Shown here: positions 9,901 to 20,094 of the stretch, piece by piece
How positions within the stretch are numbered: position 1 is the first letter of the stretch
Layout of the letters: the number at the start of each line of letters is the position of its first letter
Made by a program: the position numbers and the translations under genes
Notes under the pieces: model-generated
What the model saw: the letters and a program-made list of their open reading frames with translations, nothing else
What the model was told of the DNA's origin: nothing
Databases searched by the model: none
Assembly (NCBI GenBank): GCA_026986575.1
Contig: JALSOH010000006.1
Coordinates: 128,001-192,000 of the forward strand
Length of the DNA stretch: 64,000 bases
Origin: Thermoproteota archaeon
GTDB lineage: Archaea > Korarchaeota > Korarchaeia > Korarchaeales > Korarchaeaceae
Direction of reading: 5' to 3'

Positions 9901-10344
9901 TCACACTTTTAGAAAATTAACTAAAATGGAGGTCACGGACAGCTGTAACGTAAAGAATATTGCCGAAAAAGTGACCGTCAATTCCGGTTCTCGCGACGTA
10001 TGTATGTCGTAGGATAACAGTCCAGGGAGCGTGGAAATCAAGAGATACTCGATGCATAAGGAGTTGAAAGTCATAATGAGAACGGTGACGGAGCTGATGA
10101 TGCTCTGAAGAAAGAACATTCTCATTCCATAGAACAGGAATTTCCTGTACACCAGCTCCCCAGCTAAATACGACGTTATAGAACTTACGATGATTACCGG
10201 AATTGATTCAGGCATCAGCGAGGAGAAGGAAGCCAGCAAAGGAATGGACAGGGACACCGCTCTGAAGCTGAACCTTTCATATGCAACCCATACAATAGAA
10301 AGAGCAATGATCAATGATGCGTAAGCCACTATTACTCCTTCCAT
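9901..10344 (-). CDS. capC: CapC/PgsC-like membrane protein
   Basis: 147 aa hydrophobic protein with LFYGMRMF (cf. LYGRR) and LPGLLSY (cf. IPGLIA); directly upstream of capB. Confidence 0.7.
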   Translation of the reverse strand: MEGVIVAYASLIIALSIVWVAYERFSFRAVSLSIPLLASFSSLMPESIPVIIVSSITSYLAGELVYRKFLFYGMRMFFLQSIISSVTVLIMTFNSLCIEYLLISTLPGLLSYDIHTSREPELTVTFSAIFFTLQLSVTSILVNFLKV

Positions 10345-10476
10345 CTCCGCTAGAGCCCTTGAATTACAAATAACGGTTTATGTCAAAAGGCGAAATTCGA
10401 ATCGTGATGTTAAAGACCTTAATATTTAATAGCTTTCGGACCTTCATATCCACGACCCTTCAAGGGGGGATATCCT

Positions 10477-11745
10477 ATGTCCACGGAACTCAATCCATGG
10501 GAAGTTGCCCTTAAGCAGCTTGATAAGGCTGCTAAGGTTATGAATCTCGATCCCGGACTACATGCGATTTTGGCCAAGCCCAAGAGGGTCCTCGAGGTGG
10601 CCCTCCCCGTCAAGATGGATGATGGATCCATAAAGGTCTTCACTGGGTGGAGGGTCCAGCACAACGACGCTAGGGGGCCCCACAAGGGAGGTATAAGGTA
10701 CCACCCCAACACCGATGTTAACGAGGTCAAGGCTCTAGCCATGTGGATGACTTGGAAGACCGCCGTCGTTGATGTGCCCTATGGTGGTGCCAAAGGAGGA
10801 ATACAGGTAGATCCTCACAAGCTCAGCCTTGCCGAGCTAGAGAGGCTCACTAGGAGATACGCCTATGCAATAGCCCCCATAATCGGTGTGGATGCCGATA
10901 TTCCTGCTCCCGACGTGTACACCTCCCCGAGGGAAATGGCTTGGATAATGGACACCTACAGCATGCTCAAGGGCTACCCCGAGCCCGGTATAATCACCGG
11001 CAAGCCGCTCGAGATAGGCGGTAGTGAGGGCAGAGTGGAGGCCACCGCTAGAGGTCTGCAATACACCGTTGAGGAGGCGCTTAAAGTCCTCGGTATAGAT
11101 CCGAAGGGAGCCACTGCTGCCGTGCAGGGATACGGTAATGCTGGTTACTTCTCCGCCAAGTTCATGCATGAGCTCGGTATGAAGGTCGTGGCAGTGAGCG
11201 ACACTAGAGGCGCCATCTACAACCCCGACGGCCTCGATCCCGATGCCGTGCTCGAGCACAAGAAGAAGACCGGCAGCGTGAAGGACTTCCCTGGCTCCAC
11301 TCCGATAGCTGCAGATCCTATAGAGGGTAACAAGAAGCTGCTCGAGCTTGATGTGGATGTGCTGATCCCTGCTGCAATTGAGAATGTAATAACTAAGGAG
11401 AACGCCGACAATGTGAAGGCAAAGATAGTGGCCGAGGCTGCCAACGGTCCGACCACGCCTGAGGCTGATGAGATACTGTTCCAGAAGGGCGTGCTTATAA
11501 TACCTGACATCCTCGCCAACGCCGGTGGTGTGACCGTCAGCTACTTCGAGTGGGTGCAGGCTAGGACTAGGGAGTGGTGGGACATAGACACCGTCAGGCA
11601 GAAGCTCAGGGCCAAGATGACCAAGGCCTTCAGGGACGTCTACAACAAGCACAAGGAAATGAACATAGACATGAGGACCGCTGCTCTGGTACTCGCTGTC
11701 GGCAGAGTGGCCAAGGCCATGGAGATCAGGGGCATTTGGCCCTGA
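10477..11745 (+). CDS. gdhA: Glutamate dehydrogenase
   Basis: [53 protein letters not shown]. Confidence 0.97.
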   Translation: MSTELNPWEVALKQLDKAAKVMNLDPGLHAILAKPKRVLEVALPVKMDDGSIKVFTGWRVQHNDARGPHKGGIRYHPNTDVNEVKALAMWMTWKTAVVDVPYGGAKGGIQVDPHKLSLAELERLTRRYAYAIAPIIGVDADIPAPDVYTSPREMAWIMDTYSMLKGYPEPGIITGKPLEIGGSEGRVEATARGLQYTVEEALKVLGIDPKGATAAVQGYGNAGYFSAKFMHELGMKVVAVSDTRGAIYNPDGLDPDAVLEHKKKTGSVKDFPGSTPIAADPIEGNKKLLELDVDVLIPAAIENVITKENADNVKAKIVAEAANGPTTPEADEILFQKGVLIIPDILANAGGVTVSYFEWVQARTREWWDIDTVRQKLRAKMTKAFRDVYNKHKEMNIDMRTAALVLAVGRVAKAMEIRGIWP

Positions 11746-11746
11746 A

Positions 11747-11765
11747 CTTTCTCTTTCCTTTTTAT
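11747..11765 (+). terminator. Pyrimidine/T-rich archaeal terminator after gdhA
   Basis: CTTTCTCTTTCCTTTTTAT immediately after the stop, between convergent genes. Confidence 0.5.
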
Positions 11766-11891
11766 TCAAATTTTAACTACTTTAATCTGGAAAAAGCCCA
11801 AGAAAATGTGAGGACCTTTTGTGCACTACCTAGAACCGTTAAAACAGGAGGGGAGAAGGAACATAAGTCCCGTTGGGTGATTATGACCCAG

Positions 11892-13355
11892 CTACCTCTG
11901 GAGGACCCCTACCTCATGGGCAGATTTGACTTCGGAGACCAATTCCTCCCACAGCCTCTCGTTGAACTCACAGCTGGGATCTGGTCCGAGAGGATCTCCG
12001 TAGTAGGCGTAAGCCCTCGCCCTGCACCCTCCACATATATACCTGTAGGGACAGAAGGAGCAGTAATGGGAATCCCTATCCCTCAACTTGTTGAACAGCT
12101 CGTTATTCTGCCATACGTTTAGGAAGCCATCCCTAAGGACGTTGCCCACGACAATGGGCATGAAGACGCAAGGTTGTATATCTCCATTATGCTCTATGGA
12201 GCAGTATATCCTTCCCGCACCGCATCCTCCCAGAAACTCTCCAAGAGCGAAGCCAGCCGCCATGTACTCGTCTGGTATGCTCAAGTCAGCGAAATGCGTC
12301 GGAGCGAGCTTTCCTCCCCTGTCAACTCCCTTCAAGGAGACTACGGCATATATAGGACTTGTGGAGAAGGCTTGTAGTCTCCCTGAAGACAGCTCTTCGT
12401 AAAGTAATTCAAGTACCTCATTCCTCTCCTTCGGAGATAGGTCCATCTCAACGATCTCCTTTCCCCTACCAGTCGGTATGAAGTTGAAGGCTATGAAGCG
12501 ATCGACCCTCAGCTCCTTCGCTAACTCTATCATCTCTGGGAGCTGCTTATAGTTAATTTTAGTGACAGTCGTAGCGATGCCTACCTCCAGACCCGCACTT
12601 TTCGCATTCTTGATGCCCTGCACTGCTCTCTCCCATGCTCCCCTCACCCCACGGAACCTGTCGTGCTCCTCTGGATACGGAGAATCTAGGCTCACCTCTA
12701 CATATCTTACCCCTATCTGCTTTAACCTCTCAGCGACATCCGGTCTTATCAGGGTCCCGTTTGTAGCCACACTGACGTACATCCCAGTTTCAGCCGCCTT
12801 TCTGGCCACGATCCAAAAATCAGGGCTCATAAGGGGCTCCCCTCCAGAAAAGGAAAGCGCAGCCACTCCAGCCTCGTCTAGTTGCCTGAGCACCTCGAGC
12901 TTCTGATCTAAGGTGAGCTCATCAGGTGCTGGGAAGGGTCCCGCGTTAGCGTAACAGTGCTTGCATCTGAGATTGCACCTCTTAGTAAAGTCCCACACGA
13001 CCATGAAGGGAGCGTAAAGCCTCTGGGGCCTAGTGATACCGTAGTAAGCTATTCCTAGGAGAACGTTGGCGACACCCCTCCTCATATAGGCATCTTTTAG
13101 ACCATTCCTGAGGGATTCCTCATTTACACCGAATCTAGATGCGGCCTTGGAGAGTATTAAAGTAAGCGTGGAGGAGAGAGTCCTCTCCTTCAAATTAGTC
13201 GGCTCCTCCACTCCCGCGTAGATTCCTAGAAGCTTAACGATGTTCTTAGGAGGACCTAACCTCCTTATAACCGAGCGAGTTAGTGGATTACCAAGGAGCC
13301 TCCTCAGGAAGTAGATCAGATCGTTAACCTCCACTCCACTCGCCCGCTCCTCCAT
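11892..13355 (-). CDS. Radical SAM/SPASM protein (AhbC/D-NirJ-PqqE-like)
   Basis: CNLRCKHC, SGGEPL, SPASM cysteines CGAG..C..QPC..CSFC..CGGCR..DPSC. Start moved to MEERAS. Confidence 0.9.
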   Translation of the reverse strand: MEERASGVEVNDLIYFLRRLLGNPLTRSVIRRLGPPKNIVKLLGIYAGVEEPTNLKERTLSSTLTLILSKAASRFGVNEESLRNGLKDAYMRRGVANVLLGIAYYGITRPQRLYAPFMVVWDFTKRCNLRCKHCYANAGPFPAPDELTLDQKLEVLRQLDEAGVAALSFSGGEPLMSPDFWIVARKAAETGMYVSVATNGTLIRPDVAERLKQIGVRYVEVSLDSPYPEEHDRFRGVRGAWERAVQGIKNAKSAGLEVGIATTVTKINYKQLPEMIELAKELRVDRFIAFNFIPTGRGKEIVEMDLSPKERNEVLELLYEELSSGRLQAFSTSPIYAVVSLKGVDRGGKLAPTHFADLSIPDEYMAAGFALGEFLGGCGAGRIYCSIEHNGDIQPCVFMPIVVGNVLRDGFLNVWQNNELFNKLRDRDSHYCSFCPYRYICGGCRARAYAYYGDPLGPDPSCEFNERLWEELVSEVKSAHEVGVLQR

Positions 13356-13615
13356 ACTAGGTCCAATACAAAATATAGCACGACTCTCGAATAAAATATT
13401 TTCTATTTTTCCATGACAAGCGGTATATAAAATCCTAATAAATAAAACCCCGCATATATCAATTAATTTTTGAGAAAGGTGATGATTGCAGCTATATAAG
13501 GATTGGCGGGGCTCCGTCAATGGAAAAATTATTCCGATTAATGGAATATTGTGCTGATGGGAATGTTTATAAATCCATCAGAGGAGCTAGGCCAACGCCT
13601 CTTGAGGCGAGTAGT

Positions 13616-14050
13616 ATGTCGACCAGCAAGAAAGTATCCGAGCTAAGACCCGGAGATAATAGCGTCAACGTTAAGGTCCGGGTCATCGAAGCGGGCGAAC
13701 CCCGCGTTGTAGAGACTAGGAAGGGCCCCCGAACTCTTTCGGAGGCCACTGTCGGGGATGAGACCGGAAGGGTCACCCTGACCTTGTGGGGAGACCACGC
13801 TGGAAAGCTGTCCGAGGGACAGGTCGTTGAGCTCCAGAACGCATTCACCACCGTCTATAGAGGAAAGGTACAACTCAACTTGGGTAATTTGGGCAGTATA
13901 GCCGAGGCAGAGGATTCCGACGTTGTTCCAGCTGATCAGATTCCAGAGGATGTTCCGGAGGCCCCCGAGGATTACAGGCCTCCTAGGAGAAGGAGGAGCT
14001 ACGGAGGGTACGGAAGGGATAACAGCTACAGGGGCAGGCCTAGGTGGTAG
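13616..14050 (+). CDS. ssb: Single-OB-fold ssDNA-binding protein (crenarchaeal type)
   Basis: KVSELRPG..VNVKVRV, VGDETGRVTLTLWG, Arg/Gly-rich tail. Confidence 0.85.
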   Translation: MSTSKKVSELRPGDNSVNVKVRVIEAGEPRVVETRKGPRTLSEATVGDETGRVTLTLWGDHAGKLSEGQVVELQNAFTTVYRGKVQLNLGNLGSIAEAEDSDVVPADQIPEDVPEAPEDYRPPRRRRSYGGYGRDNSYRGRPRW

Positions 14051-14277
14051 GGTCTCCACCTAATCTCAATATTTTATTACAAATCCGGTTTTTATGCTAA
14101 AATTTCTACTTCTCTTCCATATAACAGGTCATACCAATCAATATAATGTATCTCATGATTTCATTAATCATAATTAATTATTTTATTTTTCAATAGTAGG
14201 AACTTACTCGGAATTTTAACTAGATGATAATTTAAATAGGTGTTAAAGCCAAATCTAGTTGGAGCTGATGCACGCCC

Positions 14278-15654
14278 ATGAGACCTAGCTATATAATGCT
14301 GGCTTTCCTTCTAGCGTTCTTGTTCTTACTTTCTCCGTTATACGCACTTTCCTCACCTGAGGATGCAAAACTATATCTGAAACCCACGAGTGATACCTAC
14401 ATTTCCAAGGAATGTAGAGATTGCAAGATGTTCAATGAAAGCGAACTCAGAGTGGGGATGGAAGCTATTAAAGAGAGAAATCCTTTCGTTATCTCTCATG
14501 TAGAGTATAGGGTGATCCTCAGGGGCCCCTACAGCTCGCTGATAAAATTCAACTTATCCGAGATACCACCTGGGGCCGAAATAAAGCTTGCTAGACTCTG
14601 GCTTTACGTCAAGGAACCTCCTGAGGGCGGTTTGAAACTTCTACTTTACGTTTTAAGGGAGAAGTTCAATGACACGGAGACCACGTGGATTTACAGGACT
14701 AGCAGGGCTCGGTGGAAGACCTCCGGGGGGTACGCCGAACCAGACTATCTTACTAAGATCAGGGTGGACGAGACCCTCTCTGAAGGAAGGTCTGTAGGTT
14801 TCTTGGTAACAGACTATGTTAAGAGGGTCCTAAGTGGCCAAATAGAGGATTATGGACTGATAATAAGGCCAGATGTCGGCAAAGTGGAAGTCTCGGACTT
14901 CGGATCATCCTCGCACATGAATTTATATGTCGACTTCTACAGCAGCGAAGGTGCTGTTAGGGAGCACAAGAGCAAATATGTCCCCACACTTTACGTCGAG
15001 TTCGTCAAACCAACAGCTATCCTGAACATATCGAAGGACAGGGTAACTCTAGAAAGGGGAGAAAGTACCGAAGTAACTCTCATGGAAAGTGGGACCTTCC
15101 TTGGAAGTGTTGGACTTGGATACAGGATTGTAGAGGCCCCAAGTCTGAAAGTAGGCCCGCTTAAGATTACAATATCCAATTATACCAAGGAACCGGGATT
15201 CTCTGCCAATGTAAAGGTGGAAGCCAGCAAATACGCGCCCCCAGGGAAGTACGTGATAGAGTTCTATCCCGATACCTTCGGATATGGATCAGATGTAGTC
15301 GAATGGGGAAAGGTCAATCTTACCGTCACCGTTTCAGGAGAAACGGGAACCGAGGTTACATCGACTACTGAGTCCCAAACCGAAACCGGAACGCCCCCAA
15401 CGCAGACATCCGAGATCGGAACAACCACTCAGTCAACTATTGAGACATCTACCACAGAGTTCACGGGGACGGGAACTAGACCGACTAGCGGACCTCAAGG
15501 AGGTTCGTTCGCCCCTCAGTCCACAAGCAAGACAGCGATTACAGTCACTAGGACCACGACCAAGCCGCGCAGCCTAAGTCCTCTCACAGTAGCACTGGAA
15601 ATAATTGTGGTTGTACTTCTGGTGGCGGCCTTCCTGCTGATCAGGAGGAGGTAA
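14278..15654 (+). CDS. Cell-surface protein, DNRLRE/CBM96-like domain, Thr-rich linker, C-terminal anchor
   Basis: Signal peptide, DTYI, SLIKFNLSEIP..A.L.LY, ETTW, FYSSE..P.LYV, TM helix followed by RRR. Confidence 0.7.
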   Translation: MRPSYIMLAFLLAFLFLLSPLYALSSPEDAKLYLKPTSDTYISKECRDCKMFNESELRVGMEAIKERNPFVISHVEYRVILRGPYSSLIKFNLSEIPPGAEIKLARLWLYVKEPPEGGLKLLLYVLREKFNDTETTWIYRTSRARWKTSGGYAEPDYLTKIRVDETLSEGRSVGFLVTDYVKRVLSGQIEDYGLIIRPDVGKVEVSDFGSSSHMNLYVDFYSSEGAVREHKSKYVPTLYVEFVKPTAILNISKDRVTLERGESTEVTLMESGTFLGSVGLGYRIVEAPSLKVGPLKITISNYTKEPGFSANVKVEASKYAPPGKYVIEFYPDTFGYGSDVVEWGKVNLTVTVSGETGTEVTSTTESQTETGTPPTQTSEIGTTTQSTIETSTTEFTGTGTRPTSGPQGGSFAPQSTSKTAITVTRTTTKPRSLSPLTVALEIIVVVLLVAAFLLIRRR

Positions 15655-15785
15655 CAAGTTCCCATCACTCTTTTTTATTGCACCTTACCTTATAGGGTAA
15701 GAAATTCAACAAATTAAATTGGATATCGAACCTATCACCCTAACAACCGTTAAATTTTCCTCTTGGGGGGAAGTAAGGTGATCAT

Positions 15786-17075
15786 TTGACTGGGCCTATG
15801 GTCGAATTCTCAGCTTGGACTAGGCTCATCCCTGAGTCAGAGATAAGGAGGTTACTGAAGTATAAGGTGAAGTACTACTTCGCTGGGGGTAAACCGGGAG
15901 TCCTACCCCTAGGTGCCTTTCCGATGATACTAAATACCCTAGCCCTCCAAGAGCTTGAGAGCATATTCTCCGGAAGGGAGGTCGAGGTGATAGAGGACTA
16001 CAACTACGGACCGACTGACGGTCTTCCAGAGGTAAGGAAGGTAATGGCCAATATGATGAGGGAGAGGGACGGTATAAATCTAGACCCTGAGGAGGGATGG
16101 AAAGAGGTCCTGATAACCACAGGTTCTCAGCAAGCCATTCACCTGATACTGGATGTCCTGCTCAATCCGGATGATCTGGTGATAGTACCGGCCCCCGTTT
16201 ACCTCGGATTCGTGAATGTGGTCACCAAGTTCAGGGGGCAGGTGATAGCCGTACCCGGGGATAAGCAGGGGATGATTCCAGAGTACGTGGATAAGGCCAT
16301 AGACAGGGCGATCAACAAGTTCGGTAGGAAACCCAAGCTCATATATGTAGTGGCTGATTCTGACAATCCGTCCGGAACTACAATGCCGGAGAACAGGAGG
16401 AGGGATCTCCTAGATGTTGCGAAGGATAAGGGGCTGTATCTGGTAGAGGACGCAGCCTACAGGGAGATACAGTTTAGGGGAGAGAGACTCAAGCCTATAC
16501 GGGCCTTCGATGATGATGGGAGCACCGTCATATACATGAGGACAACCAGCAAAGAAGTCGCGGTGCTCAGGGTCGGGTACAACCTCATGCCCCCCGAGGT
16601 AAGAGAAGAGGTCATCAAGGCCAAGGGCTACAACGACCTCTGCACCCCCACGATAACCCAGAAGATCGCCAAAGTGTACTACGAGAAGTACTTCCCACAG
16701 TTCATAGAGAAGGTGAGGGAAGGCTACAGGAAGAGGTACGAGGCCATGGCCAAGGCGATAGACGAGGACTTCCCGGATGGCGAGAGAACCGATCCCACCG
16801 GCGGGTTCTTCATATGGTGGGAGGCTCCTAGGAAAGATTTCGACTCCAAGAAGTTCTTGGAGGAGGTTGCCATACCCAATGATGTACTGTATGTCCCCGG
16901 ACAGGCCTTCTACCCACTCAAGGGATACATATTCCATCCCGAGAGCGGCGACTTGGTGGATGCATCTAACAGCCCGACCAACGCCCTTAGACTGAGCTAT
17001 TCCTACATGGAGCCTGAGGTCATTGAGGAGGGCATAAGGAAGCTGGGATCTCTTCTGAAGGAGTATCTATCCTAG
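15786..17075 (+). CDS. Class I/II PLP aminotransferase (2-aminoadipate/aromatic type)
   Basis: FAGGKP, YGPTDG, TTGSQQA, NPSG, EDAAY, SK..LRVG, GGFFIW, LRLSYS. Confidence 0.9.
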   Translation: MTGPMVEFSAWTRLIPESEIRRLLKYKVKYYFAGGKPGVLPLGAFPMILNTLALQELESIFSGREVEVIEDYNYGPTDGLPEVRKVMANMMRERDGINLDPEEGWKEVLITTGSQQAIHLILDVLLNPDDLVIVPAPVYLGFVNVVTKFRGQVIAVPGDKQGMIPEYVDKAIDRAINKFGRKPKLIYVVADSDNPSGTTMPENRRRDLLDVAKDKGLYLVEDAAYREIQFRGERLKPIRAFDDDGSTVIYMRTTSKEVAVLRVGYNLMPPEVREEVIKAKGYNDLCTPTITQKIAKVYYEKYFPQFIEKVREGYRKRYEAMAKAIDEDFPDGERTDPTGGFFIWWEAPRKDFDSKKFLEEVAIPNDVLYVPGQAFYPLKGYIFHPESGDLVDASNSPTNALRLSYSYMEPEVIEEGIRKLGSLLKEYLS

Positions 17076-17174
17076 AAAAGATTCTTCCTCACTATTTTTC
17101 CTTTGCAGGAGCATGACAGCGTTCATAAAGCGTTAAATAATTTACCTCCCGCTTCTTTGGCGGGGGTTTCCCCT

Positions 17175-18053
17175 ATGCCGGATTTGAAGGAATCCATCAA
17201 GAGTGGTATAGTGACCATGATGAGAGAGGCCGCTTTTAACGTCCCAAGGGATGTAAGGGAGGCCCTTCAGAGGGCATATGAGATTGAGGATAACCCCGTG
17301 GCCAAAGCCAACTTGAAGGCAATCCTCAGGAACATAGAGGTCTCCGGAAAGACCAAGCTACCTATGTGCCAAGATACTGGAACTCCAACCTTCTTCATCG
17401 AGCTGGGTGAGGACTTTCCGCTGAAATCTGAACTAAGATCCCTGATAGAGGAGGCGGTCAGAACCGCCACGAGTGAGATTCCCCTCAGGCCCAACGCGGT
17501 AGATCCTTGGACCTACAAGAACTCAGGCGATAACACCGGGAGGTATGTGCCGATAATTCACTTGGAGCTGGTTCCGGGCTCCGAGATGAAGGTAATTTAC
17601 CTCGCTAAGGGAGGGGGGAGTGAGAACACATCAAAGCTTTACATGCTGAGCCCTGTCTTGGGCTTAAAGGGAATAAAGAGGGCGGTCATAGATGCAATGC
17701 TCGATGCCGGTCCGAAGCCCTGTCCGCCCATAGTGGTAGGGGTTGGTGTGGGAGGCAGCGCGGACATGGCGCTGAAGCTCGCGAAGAAGGCGACCTTTAG
17801 GAGACTGGACGAGCCTAATCCAGACCCCAAGCTGGCTGAGATAGAACAGGAACTGCTGGAGAAGATAAACTCCCTCGGGCTGGGGCCCATGGGCTTGGGA
17901 GGGAAGACCTATGCTTTAGGCGTCAAGATAGAGTGGGCTCACAAGCATCCAGCCAGCCTTCCCGTTGGAATAAACACTCAATGCTGGGCATTCAGGAGGT
18001 CCGAGGCAGTGTTTGACAGCAGCGGGAACATGAAGTTGCTGGTTCCCCCATGA
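17175..18053 (+). CDS. Fe-S fumarate hydratase/tartrate dehydratase alpha subunit
   Basis: PMCQDTG, KGGGSEN, PCPP, GLGPMGLGG, HPASLP, QCWA. Confidence 0.92.
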   Translation: MPDLKESIKSGIVTMMREAAFNVPRDVREALQRAYEIEDNPVAKANLKAILRNIEVSGKTKLPMCQDTGTPTFFIELGEDFPLKSELRSLIEEAVRTATSEIPLRPNAVDPWTYKNSGDNTGRYVPIIHLELVPGSEMKVIYLAKGGGSENTSKLYMLSPVLGLKGIKRAVIDAMLDAGPKPCPPIVVGVGVGGSADMALKLAKKATFRRLDEPNPDPKLAEIEQELLEKINSLGLGPMGLGGKTYALGVKIEWAHKHPASLPVGINTQCWAFRRSEAVFDSSGNMKLLVPP

Positions 18054-18057
18054 GGAG

Positions 18058-18666
18058 GTGAATCTTATGGCCGAGTACAGGTTGAGGACTCCTATATCTG
18101 AGGAGGATGTTAGGAAGCTCAAGGTAGGCGATATCGTCTATCTAGACGGGATAATTATAACCGGGAGGGATCAGGTACACAGGAGGGCCTTGGAGCTCGC
18201 AGCTAAGGGGGAGAAGGACAAGGTCCCTGTCAACTTGGAGGGAATGGCCCTCTATCACTGTGGCCCCATAGTCAAGAAGATAGATGATGAGTGGAAGATA
18301 TTCGGTTTTGGCCCGACGACCAGCGCTAGGATGGAGAGCGTCGAGGCGGACTTCATCAGGGAGTTCAAGGTAAGGCTGATTATAGGTAAGGGAGGGATGT
18401 TCGAGAAGACCACGCAGGGAATGAAGGAGTACGGCGCCGCCTACCTGGCCTATCCCGGTGGAACTTCGGCCGTGGCCACCAGTGCGGTGAAAAGAGTAGT
18501 TGATGTCCACTGGCTGGATCTGGGCACGCCTGAGGCGATGTGGGTCGTTGAAGTCGAGAACTTCGGTCCCACCATGGTCGCCATAGATTCCCATGGTAAT
18601 AACCTCTATACCGATGTGCTGAGCAAGGCCAAGAAGGTGGCTGAGGAGATAAAGGCCAAGTTCTGA
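18058..18666 (+). CDS. Fe-S fumarate hydratase/tartrate dehydratase beta subunit
   Basis: GRDQVH, YHCGP, GPTTSARM, IGKGGM, DLGTPEA, IDSHGN. Confidence 0.92.
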   Translation: MNLMAEYRLRTPISEEDVRKLKVGDIVYLDGIIITGRDQVHRRALELAAKGEKDKVPVNLEGMALYHCGPIVKKIDDEWKIFGFGPTTSARMESVEADFIREFKVRLIIGKGGMFEKTTQGMKEYGAAYLAYPGGTSAVATSAVKRVVDVHWLDLGTPEAMWVVEVENFGPTMVAIDSHGNNLYTDVLSKAKKVAEEIKAKF

Positions 18667-18703
18667 ACTTCTCATGAGATAAAATCCTCTCTCCTCTTTT
18701 TTG

Positions 18704-18731
18704 GAACGTATTGAAACGTTCTAGAACGTTT
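18704..18731. promoter_or_regulatory. Palindromic putative operator
   Basis: Perfect 18-bp palindrome AAACGTTCTAGAACGTTT (18714-18731); AACGT recurs at 18705, 18715 and 18725. Confidence 0.5.
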
Positions 18732-18770
18732 TAGATAATCATGTTTACATATCCCTCCCTCACATAATAT

Positions 18771-19076
18771 GTGGAGGTAGATATGGCCAGCTTGGTCGAA
18801 TCATCTATTTTCTCGCTCGAATCTATGGGATTCAAGGTCCTCTACTGGAGAATAGACAGGGGACGGGTGGAGGTCATACTCAGGGCACCGGAAGGAGACT
18901 TCACTAGCGCTCTTTCGAAGATGAGAAGGGATCTAAAGGCCAAAAGGGTAGCATTGGAGGTATCTATGGAAGGAGGGGAGCTCTTGGTCAGGATGAGCTT
19001 CGAGCTCGGGAAACCTCCCAAGGGACTTAAACCAAGGGGCCTGAATGACCTACTCGCTTGGGGACCTACGCTCTGA
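18771..19076 (+). CDS. Hypothetical protein (101 aa)
   Basis: Fills the gap, host-like codon use, GGAGG before an internal ATG. Confidence 0.6.
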   Translation: MEVDMASLVESSIFSLESMGFKVLYWRIDRGRVEVILRAPEGDFTSALSKMRRDLKAKRVALEVSMEGGELLVRMSFELGKPPKGLKPRGLNDLLAWGPTL

Positions 19077-19269
19077 CCTTAGCCCTCTTTAATGAGGTGA
19101 GAAGTTCGGCCGTCGCTAATACAGAAGCTATATCCTCTGGATCCTCGAAATTCATTTCCTCCAGCGTTCTCAAGTAGCGAATATATGCCCTTCTGAACGC
19201 CCTTTCCTCCCTCATTCCCAGCGGCAATTTGACCCTACGATATAAAAAGAACGTATAACTAATAAACAA
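19066..19269 (-). CDS. Small hypothetical protein (true start probably MREERAF)
   Basis: Charged helical sequence downstream of the radical SAM gene. Confidence 0.4.
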   Translation of the reverse strand: MFISYTFFLYRRVKLPLGMREERAFRRAYIRYLRTLEEMNFEDPEDIASVLATAELLTSLKRAKVRA

Positions 19270-19290
19270 TATCTAGGCCAGCCTATTTCT

Positions 19291-20094
19291 TCAAATTTTC
19301 CCACTAACTAACGAACCATCTGGCATAACGGCGATTTCCGGAGTTATCCTTGCCTTTCTTAACCTCTCTCTGACGCTGGGATACAAAACCACTAGTTCAG
19401 GCTCGAAATCCCTTACTAGAGTTGGATCCAGCTCCCTAAGCCTCTCCAGAAGTTGGGAGACCTCTTCCTCCTTTGAAAAGCTGATCACTGCTGATACGTG
19501 TACGCTGGCTCCGCTCTCCAACAGGTTCCTTAACCCTTCTAGTTGAAGGAAAAACCCCTCCTCTTTGGCGCCTGTCAGTTTAGAGAACTGCTCAGGGGTT
19601 GTTCCCTTCAGAGATACCCTCACATGAATGTGATCTCTCGCTAGATCTCTAGCATAATTCTTGTCTGAGAGGAGTATGGCGTTCGTCTCAAGTATGAAGA
19701 GGAGGCCGCTCCCTTCCAATTCTTCGATCAGTTCGATGAGGTGGCCCCTCCCTATGGTCGGTTCAGCACCGCTGACCCTTACCTTGGAGAACCCACGCCT
19801 CCTAGCTCCATCTATTAGAATTTTAGCCACTTCCTTGGGTGAGTAGAACCTACCCAATTCCATATTGACGACATGACGGAAGCTCCAGCAAAAGATACAT
19901 CTCAAGTTGCACCCAACGGCATCGGCGGTGAAGATGCCGCCGTAAAATCTGGTGGGGCGGAATCTATAGTATCTCCTGAGCTGCCCCTCCAACGAGGGCT
20001 TAGTGACCTTCTCCTCGACGATCCTCGAGAGGGTTAGGGGATCATACCCCCCTATTAACGCGAGAGTCTCTTGGCAATGTCCCTCCCGATCCAC
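19291..20094 (-). CDS. Radical SAM protein (archaeal, uncharacterised)
   Basis: RFYGGI.TADAVGCNLRCIFCW, RVSGAEPT, FILETN, RVSLKG; start uncertain. Confidence 0.88.
   Translation of the reverse strand: MDREGHCQETLALIGGYDPLTLSRIVEEKVTKPSLEGQLRRYYRFRPTRFYGGIFTADAVGCNLRCIFCWSFRHVVNMELGRFYSPKEVAKILIDGARRRGFSKVRVSGAEPTIGRGHLIELIEELEGSGLLFILETNAILLSDKNYARDLARDHIHVRVSLKGTTPEQFSKLTGAKEEGFFLQLEGLRNLLESGASVHVSAVISFSKEEEVSQLLERLRELDPTLVRDFEPELVVLYPSVRERLRKARITPEIAVMPDGSLVSGKI

Noticed and set aside
10837-11769. 310-aa ORF antisense to gdhA, and similar long antisense ORFs elsewhere
   Set aside because: No motifs; expected from codon bias of the sense gene
14050-14277. Very AT-rich intergenic region as a replication origin
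   Set aside because: No ORB repeats or adjacent orc1/cdc6; terminator plus promoter explains it
15560-15654. Archaeosortase signal on surface proteins
   Set aside because: TM helix and basic tail present but no PGF-like motif
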